DNA from: Eubacteriales bacterium
GTDB lineage: Bacteria; Bacillota; Clostridia; Oscillospirales; CAG-272
DNA: 64,000 bases
Reading direction: 5' to 3'
Assembly (NCBI GenBank): GCA_045653505.1
Contig: JAZOLZ010000007.1
Coordinates: 4,447 to 68,446 of the forward strand
This document shows, one piece after another, positions 45,349-55,431 of this stretch; within the stretch, counting starts at the first letter, position 1; each line of letters opens with the position of its first letter. A model generated the notes under the pieces. The model was given only the letters and a program-made list of their open reading frames with translations. It ran no database searches and had not been told where the DNA came from. Both the position numbers and the translations under genes were made by a program.

Positions 45349-45549
45349 CTAGTCAATCGCCTCGATAAGAAAACTTACCGGGCGAAAACCGTCATTGCAG
45401 GAGATCATAGCCGAGTGTCTGTTTTTCATCCAGCCGTCATAAAAATCCCCACCGCCGTTTGTTAGCCACAAGGTAATCGGATTTTCATATTTTTCTATAA
45501 GGTCGGCATAGTGCACCATTTTTACAACTGTTATCTTTACCCTTTTCAT
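45349..45549 (-). CDS. TIGR04076-like small protein, apparently lacking the central Cys-rich segment
   Basis: The ends match the family pattern (MKRVKITVVK... and ...ISCNDGFRPVSFLIEAID). At 66 aa it is shorter than I recall for the family. Confidence 0.45.
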   Translation of the reverse strand: MKRVKITVVKMVHYADLIEKYENPITLWLTNGGGDFYDGWMKNRHSAMISCNDGFRPVSFLIEAID

Positions 45550-45557
45550 AATTTCAT

Positions 45558-45827
45558 CTAGTGATTTTTATTGTATAAAAATATGCCAAGTCCTATCTGT
45601 AGTACTGATATTATCAAAGCAAAGCTTAAAGGCAAAATGCCTAAAAGATTGCCCTCATCGATTATAAGAGCCACGCCAAAGAGTGCAAGCGCAAGGACGC
45701 CCACAAGTACGATAAGCGATATAACGGCAGATATTATTTTGTGTGCTTTGGTGACGTTTTTTTCGGGAACAATGAGCATCATAAGCTCGGCATACACCTC
45801 AAAAATTATCTCAAACAAAATCTCCAT
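45558..45827 (-). CDS. small membrane protein (89 aa)
   Basis: Three hydrophobic helices. Confidence 0.4.
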   Translation of the reverse strand: MEILFEIIFEVYAELMMLIVPEKNVTKAHKIISAVISLIVLVGVLALALFGVALIIDEGNLLGILPLSFALIISVLQIGLGIFLYNKNH

Positions 45828-45845
45828 AGCAGTCCTATGCCTTTT

Positions 45846-46406
45846 TTATTTTAATTTAAGTCCGTCAGAGAAAGCCTTACCCACAATCTCGCCGAGAGCG
45901 ATATAGTTATGACCGAATGAGTCATAGGTAATGGGTCTGAAAACAGAAAGGTCTACATTGCCATTTTTATCAAGTATACTCTCATCTGCTGAAATATTAA
46001 CTATTTCACCGACAAGACGGCAACTTTCCTCATCATAACTCTTTACCTTGCACTCAAGCGCTAAGGGTAATTCAAGAAAAATGGGGGCGTCAACGTTGTC
46101 TGCTTTAACGGCACTCCAGCCCGCCTTTTTAATTTTATCGGGTACCTTATTTGCAGATACAACACCAACGTAGTCTGCCGCTACTACGTTATTTACATCG
46201 GCAATACTGACAGTGAATGCGCCTTTTTCAAGAAAATTGTAGGTTGTTTTGTGATCGGCGCTAACACAGATGGATATCTCGTTCTCCTCACTGATGCCAC
46301 CCCAAGCCGCATTCATCGCGTTGGGTACACCACACTCGTCATAGGTGCCGATTATAAATACCGGCATAGGATAAAGAGCAGTTTTTGCTCCAAGATTTTT
46401 TCTCAT
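45846..46406 (-). CDS. flavin reductase-like (FMN-binding split barrel) protein
   Basis: LYPMPVFIIGTYDECGVPNAMNAAWGG is typical of the family. Confidence 0.8.
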   Translation of the reverse strand: MRKNLGAKTALYPMPVFIIGTYDECGVPNAMNAAWGGISEENEISICVSADHKTTYNFLEKGAFTVSIADVNNVVAADYVGVVSANKVPDKIKKAGWSAVKADNVDAPIFLELPLALECKVKSYDEESCRLVGEIVNISADESILDKNGNVDLSVFRPITYDSFGHNYIALGEIVGKAFSDGLKLK

Positions 46407-46499
46407 TTTATTCTCCTCGTCTTTAAAAGTACGGGGTTACCAATTTGAACTGATAACCCCGTTTTAAGACAAAAAATGTCTATGTTTATTTACAAAATC

Positions 46500-48269
46500 T
46501 TATATACGGGCATCCCAAAGGCCGCAGAATGAATCTATCGGGTCATTACCCTTGAATGCATCGGGGCCTGTAAGAAGACCGTTTACAAGAGCATCCATAG
46601 TGCTGGGCTTGGAGTCGTATGCGTTGATGTACGTACGCACCTGTGGAATATCAGCAAGCATTGTGGGAAGGTTAACGCTGATTGCTACAACGGGAAGCTC
46701 AAATACGTACCAAGGGAGTTCTCCGCCGCCCTTTGCGATACCGAAGGTGGGTCTGCCCATACCAACGTCGCAAAGAGTGATTACAAGATCCTGCTCCTTT
46801 TTGAAGTCCTCGATTGCGTGTTTGCCTGCAAAGTAGAGATTAAGGCTGGGCTTTTCGCCTGCTTCAACCATCTTCTTTATCTTTTCAAGAGGACTTTCAT
46901 AGATGAACGCATCAAAGCCCGCCTCTATAAGTTTTTCCTTAAGCACCTCAGCAGGGTTCTTTTGATTGCCGCCGCCCATCGCCATCTTCATAAGCATATC
47001 CATAGGTCCGGGTGCGGGCTTAACGTGTACTATCATAATTCTCTTATACTTTTCAGTAGTAAGAGGAAGAACGCCCTCATCCTTATATTTTACAAGTGTA
47101 ACACTGTCACGGCTGATAGCCTCGGATGCTGCCTTGTACTCTGCCTTACCGATTGCCTCGTTTGCAGGTGCTGCAGGAACAAGAGCCTCCTTTGCCACCT
47201 TGTTAAGACCCATATGAGCCTTAAGGCCAAGGATACGTGTAAGAGCCTCTGTCATACGCTCTTCGGAGATAATACCGCTCTTGTATGCTTCAAGCATAAT
47301 GCCGAAGTCCTCATCGGGATCGTTGAAGAATAAGAACATATCACAGCCTGCGTTAATAGCAAGAGGAAGCATTTGACGTCTTGTCATACGGTCGGTCATT
47401 GCTACCATGTGGCTGGCGTCTGTTACTACCATACCGTTGAAGCCGAGTTTGTCACGAAGAAGACCTGTCATAATATCCTTTTCAAGAGTTGCGGGGAGCA
47501 TCTCTTCATAGGTAATGCCGGGTCTTACCTCTTTCATATACTCGGGCATCATAATGTGACCGCCCATTATTGCGTCAAGGTCGTTATCAATAAGTTCCTT
47601 GTATACGTAACCGTAGGTCTGCATCCACTCCTTTTCATTAAAGTTGTTGATGTTGTTTGCTACGTGAGCATCACGGAAGTCCTGACCGTTACCGGGGAAA
47701 TGCTTTGCAGCGCAGGCAAAGCCGTCTATGGTGTGAGCGCCTGCAAGATAAGCCTTGCTCATCTCGGCTACAAGTTTTTCATCAGTACCGAAGGCACGGG
47801 TGATAACCTCCTGGTTTTGCCAGTTGTAGTGAATGTCACAAACGGGCGCAAACGCCATATTGCATCCAAGCGCCTTTGCTTCCTCGTTAGAGTACTGACC
47901 AAGCATTTTTGCATACTCTGTGTTGCGTGTAGCGCCAATCTTGATACCGCCTGCAATAAAGGTACCGTCTGAGCAAGCACCGTTACCGCCGGTCTCCGTG
48001 TTGCACGCGATGAAGAGGGGGATCTTGGAGTTTGCCTGCAAAATTCTGTTCTGCATCTGTACTGCTACTGCGGGCATATTGTTGTAGCGGCAACCGCCAA
48101 GGTGGTATTTGCCTACTAGGTCCTTAAGATATGCCTCATCTACTCCTGCAGTAAGCTGAAAGAAGAGTTGACCTACCTTTTCTTCATCAGACATAGATGC
48201 AATAGTCTGCTCAACCCACTGAATGTCAGAGTCGTTAAGGTAATAGGGTTTTGCCTTTAAGTTTACCAT
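46500..48269 (-). CDS. glycoside hydrolase family 3
   Basis: AKHFPGNGQD (KHFPGxG motif) and GMVVTDA (nucleophile Asp region). Confidence 0.85.
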   Translation of the reverse strand: MVNLKAKPYYLNDSDIQWVEQTIASMSDEEKVGQLFFQLTAGVDEAYLKDLVGKYHLGGCRYNNMPAVAVQMQNRILQANSKIPLFIACNTETGGNGACSDGTFIAGGIKIGATRNTEYAKMLGQYSNEEAKALGCNMAFAPVCDIHYNWQNQEVITRAFGTDEKLVAEMSKAYLAGAHTIDGFACAAKHFPGNGQDFRDAHVANNINNFNEKEWMQTYGYVYKELIDNDLDAIMGGHIMMPEYMKEVRPGITYEEMLPATLEKDIMTGLLRDKLGFNGMVVTDASHMVAMTDRMTRRQMLPLAINAGCDMFLFFNDPDEDFGIMLEAYKSGIISEERMTEALTRILGLKAHMGLNKVAKEALVPAAPANEAIGKAEYKAASEAISRDSVTLVKYKDEGVLPLTTEKYKRIMIVHVKPAPGPMDMLMKMAMGGGNQKNPAEVLKEKLIEAGFDAFIYESPLEKIKKMVEAGEKPSLNLYFAGKHAIEDFKKEQDLVITLCDVGMGRPTFGIAKGGGELPWYVFELPVVAISVNLPTMLADIPQVRTYINAYDSKPSTMDALVNGLLTGPDAFKGNDPIDSFCGLWDARI

Positions 48270-48295
48270 AAATGTTTCTCCATTTATATATTTTT

Positions 48296-49144
48296 TTAAT
48301 TGCCAAGGTTTTTTAAGAATTCGTTTGTCTTTTTATCCTGATATTCGCCGCCGTACTCAGAAGAAAGCAGTTTGTCAAAGCCAAACGATATAAACTCATC
48401 CCAACTTTCCTTCTCTCGCCTTACAAGTATAGGATAGTAGTAAACGCCGTTTTTATCTGCCGCGTCACGGTCACCCGGAGCGTCACCGCACATAAGCACG
48501 TTTGTTTTTTTGTAGCCTTTTTTCAAAAGTTCGCCAATGCAATATGCCTTGGAGCCGCAGTTTTGCGCAAGGACAATGTCCACATAATCAAGTAAGCCGT
48601 ATTTTTCCCACTCTTCAAGCACTGCATCAAGGTTGGCGCTTGATACGATAGCCACGTCAGCACGCTTGTGCGCAAACTCAAGAGCCTCCTTTGCGCCCTC
48701 AAACGGGAGCTTTACCTCCTCAGGGAGCGCATTTATAGAACGGTTTACTGCCTCTGACCAACTGAGAGCCTTTTTTAAAATAACGGAAGACGGGTTCTTT
48801 TCAATCTCCCTTTTTAAGGCTGAGTTTGAAAGTTCATCTGCATTCTCTGCCCAATAAAGAAGTTCATCAATCCCCTCAATTTTCTTGTAAGTGCCGTTTA
48901 TCTCCAAAAGCGCTATAGCAAGACCCTTAAAGCGATTGATACCGCGTGTCATAGTATAAAGGTTAATATCGTTCCATCTTTTAAGAATAGGCCCAGAGAA
49001 CTGTGAAAGCTCCCACTCATCTACCATGCAGGGGCCAAAGCAACGTATATGCTTTATGTCCATGGTGTCCATAGCACAGCCGTCACTGTCAACACAGATA
49101 AGAAAGTCCTTTTGCTTTTTGTATTCGTCCAAATTAGCAAACAC
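48296..49144 (-). CDS. HAD-family hydrolase
   Basis: ICVDSDGCAMDT (DxD motif I) and CGDAPGDRDAA (motif IV). Confidence 0.7.
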   Translation of the reverse strand: MFANLDEYKKQKDFLICVDSDGCAMDTMDIKHIRCFGPCMVDEWELSQFSGPILKRWNDINLYTMTRGINRFKGLAIALLEINGTYKKIEGIDELLYWAENADELSNSALKREIEKNPSSVILKKALSWSEAVNRSINALPEEVKLPFEGAKEALEFAHKRADVAIVSSANLDAVLEEWEKYGLLDYVDIVLAQNCGSKAYCIGELLKKGYKKTNVLMCGDAPGDRDAADKNGVYYYPILVRREKESWDEFISFGFDKLLSSEYGGEYQDKKTNEFLKNLGN

Positions 49145-49243
49145 TGTTTTTCCTCCGTTTTAGATTCTGAGTAAATTTAAATGTTTTTCAGTCTTTAACT
49201 GTAAAGCGCCCAAAGCGCTGAAAATTCACGCATCAGCGCGAGT

Positions 49244-49723
49244 TCATATTATTCTCTCTTGGCTAAGCCTTTTATATGCCCTTTGTATGTATCTATCTAT
49301 GATGCCCTGCTTTTTAAACTCGTCCTTATACATAAATATCTCAGTTATTACAAGACAAATAGGCACGGCAAGACCGCCTATGCCACCGACAATTATGCCC
49401 TGAACTGTAAGGACAATAAAAAGAACAGCAAAAATGATATGATAAATCGGCTCTGTGGTAATAACGCCCTTTATTCTACACCCCTCTGCCTCATCGGTAA
49501 TTTTGCCGTTAAATCGGGTGCCGTATATAAATCCGTTATCCTTTGTGGGTCTGTCCATATACTCGCACTTAAGGGTAACCTTATCCCCCTTTTCGACATA
49601 ATGGATATAGGGCATGCCAAGGCGAGGATCAAATATGACCCTTTCGTTAACTCTTTTGTTATCCTTTAAAATCTCGATAAGTTCTTCTCTTTTGCAGTCA
49701 AAGAGGTGATTAATAAACTTCAT
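49244..49723 (-). CDS. hypothetical membrane protein
   Basis: Two TM helices in the C-terminal half. Overlaps the upstream gene's stop by 4 nt. Confidence 0.45.
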   Translation of the reverse strand: MKFINHLFDCKREELIEILKDNKRVNERVIFDPRLGMPYIHYVEKGDKVTLKCEYMDRPTKDNGFIYGTRFNGKITDEAEGCRIKGVITTEPIYHIIFAVLFIVLTVQGIIVGGIGGLAVPICLVITEIFMYKDEFKKQGIIDRYIQRAYKRLSQERII

Positions 49724-50418
49724 ATAACACCTCCAAGCTTTTTGATAACGTATCCTGCAAGCATAAGACCTGCAACGCTTGGCACAAAGGAGCAGGATGC
49801 AGGGGCGTGCCTGCCGTTTTCTTCCACGGTGCTTTGCCTCGGTATCTCGCTTGAAAAGATAACATCAAGATGGGTTATAGAGGCAGCCTTAAGTTCACGC
49901 CTCATCACCCTTGCAAGTGGGCAGGTGTGTGTCTTTGATATATCGGATATCATAAGCTTTTGAGGCTCAATTTTATTGCCCGTACCCATTGAAGATATAA
50001 TGGGTATTTGCATCTCTAAAGCAGTTTTTGCTAAGCAAACTTTACTTTTTACGCTATCTATGCAATCAATTATATAATCAGGGCGTTCAGACGAAAGAAT
50101 AGATGAAATATTACTCTCATCAACAAAAACGGGATAAGTGACAACCGTGAGCGAGGGATTGATATCAAGAAGTCTATCCCTTGCAACGTCACATTTCAGT
50201 TTGCCGACAGTTGAGGTAAGGGCAAATATCTGCCTGTTTATATTACTCTCACTCACCTTATCGAAGTCAATGAGTATAAGTTTACCCACGCCACTGCGCG
50301 CAAGCGCCTCTGCTGCGTGACCGCCAACACCGCCGATGCCAAAGACAGCCACACTGCTCTTATTCAGTTTTGCTACAGCCTCTTTACCAAGAAGGCTCTC
50401 TGTCCTTGAAAATCTCAT
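49720..50418 (-). CDS. tcdA: tRNA threonylcarbamoyladenosine dehydratase (ThiF/TcdA family)
   Basis: VAVFGIGGVGGHAAEALARSGVGKLILIDFDKVSESNINRQ. Confidence 0.85.
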   Translation of the reverse strand: MRFSRTESLLGKEAVAKLNKSSVAVFGIGGVGGHAAEALARSGVGKLILIDFDKVSESNINRQIFALTSTVGKLKCDVARDRLLDINPSLTVVTYPVFVDESNISSILSSERPDYIIDCIDSVKSKVCLAKTALEMQIPIISSMGTGNKIEPQKLMISDISKTHTCPLARVMRRELKAASITHLDVIFSSEIPRQSTVEENGRHAPASCSFVPSVAGLMLAGYVIKKLGGVI

Positions 50419-50461
50419 ATTTTTTCCTTTTTAAGTTTATATTACACTAAGCCATTGGCGT

Positions 50462-50838
50462 GAAAATTTTGAGGTAAAAACGTTGTTCTTTTGCGGTGAT
50501 AGTTGCTCATAGTTGCTTATTTTAATCGAGGAAATTTTGATGCAGATTGCGGCTTCTTTGACCCGAAGCCTATCTTACACCTTTAATCGAGGAAATTTTG
50601 AGGTAAAAACGTTGTTCTTTTGCGGTGATAGTTGCTCATAGTTGCTTATTTTAATCGAGGAAATTTTGATGCAGATTGCGGCTTCTTTGACCCGAAGCCA
50701 TAGTTATCTACAGCGAGCCTTGGTCAAAAAGTGTAACCTCCTGATATACTCACTTTAATCGAGGAAATTTTGATGCAGATTGCGGCTTCTTTGACCCGAA
50801 GCCGTAGTCATCTACGGCGAGCCTTGGTCAAAAAGGCG
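50462..50838. repeat. complex tandem repeat array (107-nt block x2, 50-nt sub-block x3, related tails x2)
   Basis: 50464-50570 equals 50593-50699 by eye. tttaatcgaggaaattttgatgcagattgcggcttctttgacccgaagcc occurs at 50521, 50649 and 50754. The tails at 50700-50733 and 50804-50838 are similar. Confidence 0.85.
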
Positions 50839-50860
50839 TGATATGCGCAAAATTTACCGA

Positions 50861-53260
50861 TTAAAACAGATGGAGAACTGTTACTCCCGCATCCCCCTCT
50901 CCATACTCTCCGTGTCGATAACTCTTTATGCGCTTATCGTTTTTAAAGTACTTCCAAAGGGCGGCACGCAGGGCGCCTGTGCCTTTACCGTGAATTATTC
51001 TTATGGGGGAGACGGATGCAAGCATTGCATCGTCTATATATTTATCTACTACAAACCAGGCGTCATCACCTATCATACCCCTTACGTCTATCTCGGTACG
51101 GAAGGAGGATGCTACGGTGCGTTTTACCTTACCCTCGCTTATAGGCTTTTTAGTCTCTTTTGTTTTAAATTTGACATCACCCTCAATAAGGCGCAGTTTA
51201 TCCTCGCCAACCTTGGTTTTAAGAATACCCGAGGTTACGGCGTAAAGACCGTTTTTATCCTTAAGGGCGGTTACCACACCCTCCTTTTCAATGGTAACAA
51301 GGTACACCTTGTCTCCAACCTTTAAGGGGCGTGGGAGAGTATAATCCTCATCAAGAGAAACCTCGCTGAAACCAAAGCCCGAAAGAGCCTGTTCTCCCTC
51401 TCTTATACGCTGACGGATTTCCTCGCGCGCTTTTTGCATCATCTCATTGCGCTTTTCCTTATCCTCCTGGCGCTTAAGATCCTCAAGTTGACGGAAGATA
51501 AACTCGCTTGATGCCCTGGCGGACTCAAGCACCTGACGTGCGCGCTCGGTTTGTTTTACTATTTCCTTTTCGCTCTGGAGAAGTTTTTTGTTTAAAGCCT
51601 CTTCGGCCTCAGCCTTATAGGTCTCATATTCAATACGTAATTTTTCTGCAATCTCGCGCTCGCGCTCCATCTTCATACGGCTGGTGTCAAGCTGCTCAAT
51701 TACGTCCTCAAAGCGCTTATTGTCCTTTTCAATAAGTTCCTCTGCCCTCTTTATAATATCGCTTGGCAAACCAAGTTTTTCACTGATTGCAAAGGCGTTG
51801 GATTTACCCGGTGTGCCGACAACCAACTTGTAGGTCGGGCGCAGGGTGTCAACGTCAAACTCACAGGATGCATTTTGCACCCTTTTTGTCTGCAGAGCAT
51901 AAACCTTAAGTTCGGAATAGTGAGTAGTGGCTAAGGAAAGGGCACCGAGACTCTGCGCGCGCTCAAGCACGGATATGGCAAGCGCCGCGCCCTCTATGGG
52001 GTCTGTACCCGAACCAAGTTCATCAAACAGAACAAGTGTCCTATTTGTAAGCTTAGTAAGAATGTCAACAATATTGACCATGTGGGCAGAGAAAGTCGAA
52101 AGCGACTGCTCAATACTCTGCTCATCACCTATATCGCAAAGTACACCGTCAAAAACACCAACAATACTGGTATCGTTTGCCGGTATCTGTAGGCCTGACT
52201 GTATCATAAGCACAAAGAGACCCACCGTCTTAAGAGTTACCGTTTTACCACCGGTATTGGGGCCTGTAATAACTAGAGTATCAAAGTCATCTCCAAGCGA
52301 TATATCAATAGGCACTACGGTCTTTGCATCAAGTAAGGGATGGCGTGCTTTGTTTAAAGTAATAGTCCTTTTGTCAACTATACTTGGCATTTCTGCCCTC
52401 ATTTTGAATGCAAGCGCCGCTTTGGCAAAAGTAAATGATATGTCGGTTATGTTGTGGTAGTTAAGAGATATTGCAGTTGAAAACTCTGCGCAGTCAGCAC
52501 TTAATGATGAAAGAATACGCTCTATCTCCCTCTCCTCATCATTGGCAAGGCTCTTAAGCTCATTGTTAGCCTCAACTACCGCTAAGGGCTCAACAAAAAG
52601 GGTGGCGCCCGAGGATGATGTATCGTGCACAAGACCCTTCATCTCATTTTTATGCTCTGCCTTAACGGGTACTACGTATCTGCCGTTACGCATAGTAACG
52701 ATATTTTCCTGAAGATATTTTATCCTCTGTCCCGAGACGTAGGACTGCAGCGTTTCTTTGATTTTATTGTTTGCAAGACGTATCTTGCGCCTTATCTCAG
52801 CAAGTGCGGGGCTTGCCTCATCGGCTATCATATCCTCAGATAAAATCGCACGCTTTATGCTCTCTTCAAGTGAACGGTTTGGCATAAGGCGGTTAAATAT
52901 CTCATCAAGAGAAGTGGTAAAAAGTTTATCGGTACTGATGTAATCAAGCATCATCCTTGCGCTGTAAAGAAGCGATGCTATATCCAAAAGTTCCTTTGGT
53001 GAAAGGATAGCGCCTTTATACGCGCGCTCGGCTGAGGGGACTACGCTCTCGGGCGCACTGAAGGTGGGATAGCCCTTGGCATTTATAAGCCTTTTTGCAT
53101 CATCTGTCTGCCTCTGGCGCTTGGTGACAACGTCAAAGTCATCACTCGGCATAAGAGTAAGAGCGCGTGCGCGAGCCCCCTCTGTGGGACAGAGGGAGAT
53201 GAGCATTTCTATTATTTTGTCATACTCAAGACTTTTCAAAGTCTTCTCACTGAAAAGCAT
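50861..53260 (-). CDS. mutS2: endonuclease MutS2
   Basis: Walker A ITGPNTGGKTV, 799 aa, C-terminal Smr domain (IIHGKGTGALR). Confidence 0.95.
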   Translation of the reverse strand: MLFSEKTLKSLEYDKIIEMLISLCPTEGARARALTLMPSDDFDVVTKRQRQTDDAKRLINAKGYPTFSAPESVVPSAERAYKGAILSPKELLDIASLLYSARMMLDYISTDKLFTTSLDEIFNRLMPNRSLEESIKRAILSEDMIADEASPALAEIRRKIRLANNKIKETLQSYVSGQRIKYLQENIVTMRNGRYVVPVKAEHKNEMKGLVHDTSSSGATLFVEPLAVVEANNELKSLANDEEREIERILSSLSADCAEFSTAISLNYHNITDISFTFAKAALAFKMRAEMPSIVDKRTITLNKARHPLLDAKTVVPIDISLGDDFDTLVITGPNTGGKTVTLKTVGLFVLMIQSGLQIPANDTSIVGVFDGVLCDIGDEQSIEQSLSTFSAHMVNIVDILTKLTNRTLVLFDELGSGTDPIEGAALAISVLERAQSLGALSLATTHYSELKVYALQTKRVQNASCEFDVDTLRPTYKLVVGTPGKSNAFAISEKLGLPSDIIKRAEELIEKDNKRFEDVIEQLDTSRMKMEREREIAEKLRIEYETYKAEAEEALNKKLLQSEKEIVKQTERARQVLESARASSEFIFRQLEDLKRQEDKEKRNEMMQKAREEIRQRIREGEQALSGFGFSEVSLDEDYTLPRPLKVGDKVYLVTIEKEGVVTALKDKNGLYAVTSGILKTKVGEDKLRLIEGDVKFKTKETKKPISEGKVKRTVASSFRTEIDVRGMIGDDAWFVVDKYIDDAMLASVSPIRIIHGKGTGALRAALWKYFKNDKRIKSYRHGEYGEGDAGVTVLHLF

Positions 53261-54046
53261 TTATCCTTTTACCTCGTTATAAAATTCAAGTGATTTAAAG
53301 CTCCTCTCAAGATGGTTTAAGAGATATTTCTCGCACGTAGCGGCAAAAATCTCCATATCACCTTCCGGTATCTCGAAAGAAAACAGTTTATTAAGTGGGG
53401 CAAATATACAGTATGAGAGCGCCATTTTTGCCCCTGCGGTTACGATAGATACTATGTATCTTTCCTCGCTCTCATCTATCTCGTTGTGTGGGGTATGCAG
53501 CTGGCGCTTGGAGTTACACTCCATGCACTCAAGACTACCTCCCATAATATCAAACATAAAGTCGCCCTCTGTCTGCCCACAGTTTACGCAGTGTACAGTA
53601 TCCGGCATAAAGCCGATTATAGCCATAAGGCGTATCTCAAAGGCGGCCTTGACCTTTTTTAACGAATAGGTGCCCTTTGATATGGCATAAAGAGTGTTTA
53701 ACGAGAGCCTTAAAAGATCCCTCTCAGCCTCGTTTACCGTAACGTGTGAGAGCACCTCAAGTACATAGGTACCGACTGCCAAACCCTCAATGCTGTCACG
53801 CAGGCCAAAGAAACTCTCGATCAAAGAGGCCTCTTTTACCCAGAAAAAGTCTCCTTTTTTATAAAGCACGAAGGAGGCATAGCAAAACGGCGAGGCCGAG
53901 GACAAAAAACGGCTCTTATGCGTTCTTGCACCCTTGGCTATGGCAGAAACCGTACCCATCTCCTCTGTAAAAATCGTAATAAGCCTATCCGACTCCTTGT
54001 AGTCGACAGATCGGATAACTAAGCCCTTTACCTCAATAGTTTGCAT
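53261..54046 (-). CDS. recO: DNA repair protein RecO
   Basis: VKGLVIRSVDYKESDRLITIFTEEMG and the zinc finger CVNCG...CMEC. Confidence 0.9.
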   Translation of the reverse strand: MQTIEVKGLVIRSVDYKESDRLITIFTEEMGTVSAIAKGARTHKSRFLSSASPFCYASFVLYKKGDFFWVKEASLIESFFGLRDSIEGLAVGTYVLEVLSHVTVNEAERDLLRLSLNTLYAISKGTYSLKKVKAAFEIRLMAIIGFMPDTVHCVNCGQTEGDFMFDIMGGSLECMECNSKRQLHTPHNEIDESEERYIVSIVTAGAKMALSYCIFAPLNKLFSFEIPEGDMEIFAATCEKYLLNHLERSFKSLEFYNEVKG

Positions 54047-54933
54047 TATTCCTCATCAGCGAAGCCGAAGTTCTGAAGATTGAACTCGTTATCGCGCCAA
54101 TTCTTTTTTACCCTTACGTAAAGGTCTAAGAACACCTTTACACCAAGCATATTCTCTATATCCTGTCTTGCGTATGAGCCGACAGTCTTTATAGCCGTGC
54201 CGCCCTTACCGATAATAATACCCTTATGGGTATCCTTTTCACAGTAGATCTCAGCGCGAATGGATACAAGGTCTCTCTTTTCTTTCCACTCCTCGATAAC
54301 GACAGCCGTACCGTGAGGTATCTCCTCATCAAGCGTGCGCAAAAGTTTTTCTCTTATTATCTCAGCAGCCATAACTCTCTCGGGCTGGTCTGTTACTATA
54401 TCGTCCGGGAAGAACCAGGGGGACTCGTGAAGCAGTTTTTCACACTCGCTTACCACCGTGTCAACACCCTTGCCACTTTTTGCGCTGGTGGGAACTACTG
54501 CCATAAAATCAAAGGCGTCGGCATAGGCCTTTATGGTTTTTGCAATATTCTCCTTATGCACGCAGTCGGTCTTGTTGATAACGAGAACTGTGGGGATATT
54601 CTCCCTCTTAAGCCTGTCCATTATCTCCTTTTCTATATCTCCGACCTCTTCCCTTGCCTCAACCACTAAAATTGCACCGTCAGTACCGCCGATAGCATCG
54701 GTAGATGCCTTTACCATATAGTCACCAAGCCTTGTACGTGGCTTATGGATGCCGGGGGTATCAAGAAATACGTACTGATTTTCACCCACTGTGTGAATAC
54801 CTGTGATACGGTTACGCGTGGTCTGAGGTTTTTTTGATACTATAGAAACCTTCTCACCAAGAATTGAGTTAAGAAGGGTGGATTTACCTACGTTGGGTCT
54901 GCCTACTATTGCTATGAAAGCTGTTTTTGTCAT
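54046..54933 (-). CDS. era: GTPase Era
   Basis: G1 GRPNVGKST, G3 DTPG, G4 NKTD and a KH domain at the C-terminus. Confidence 0.95.
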   Translation of the reverse strand: MTKTAFIAIVGRPNVGKSTLLNSILGEKVSIVSKKPQTTRNRITGIHTVGENQYVFLDTPGIHKPRTRLGDYMVKASTDAIGGTDGAILVVEAREEVGDIEKEIMDRLKRENIPTVLVINKTDCVHKENIAKTIKAYADAFDFMAVVPTSAKSGKGVDTVVSECEKLLHESPWFFPDDIVTDQPERVMAAEIIREKLLRTLDEEIPHGTAVVIEEWKEKRDLVSIRAEIYCEKDTHKGIIIGKGGTAIKTVGSYARQDIENMLGVKVFLDLYVRVKKNWRDNEFNLQNFGFADEE

Positions 54934-54957
54934 GTTTTTTCTCCAAAAATACTGTTT

Positions 54958-55431
54958 TTAAAATTCAAGTGCTTTTATAATTTCTCTCTGCGCTGCGCAC
55001 TGCGCCTCCTCATCATCCTTGCCCCTTTCGTGGTCAAAGCCGAGAAGGTGGAGCGTGGAGTGTATTGTAAGGAATGCAACCTCTTTTAAAAAACTGTTGC
55101 CTATCTCCTTTGCCTGCTCTTTTGCACGCTCAAGAGAAAGAACTATGTCACCAAGAGATGCGCCCTCTATACACTCGGCAAGTTCAAAGTCACCGTCCTC
55201 GTAAAGAGGGAATGAAAGCACGTCTGTTGCGCTGTCCTTATCGCGGTATTCCTTGTTAAGGCTCTTAATATACTCGTTGTCCGTAAAGGTGACCGATACT
55301 CTTGCATCGAAGGGAAAATGCTGATGCAAAAGAGTTGCGCATACGGCATCTCTTACTGCCATTTTGAGGTTGTAGTCAACCTCATCCATTTCCTTTGTCT
55401 TGGAAAAATCTATAAAAACTCTTCTTTTCAT
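54958..55431 (-). CDS. ybeY: rRNA maturation RNase YbeY
   Basis: HSTLHLLGFDH metal-binding motif. Confidence 0.95.
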   Translation of the reverse strand: MKRRVFIDFSKTKEMDEVDYNLKMAVRDAVCATLLHQHFPFDARVSVTFTDNEYIKSLNKEYRDKDSATDVLSFPLYEDGDFELAECIEGASLGDIVLSLERAKEQAKEIGNSFLKEVAFLTIHSTLHLLGFDHERGKDDEEAQCAAQREIIKALEF

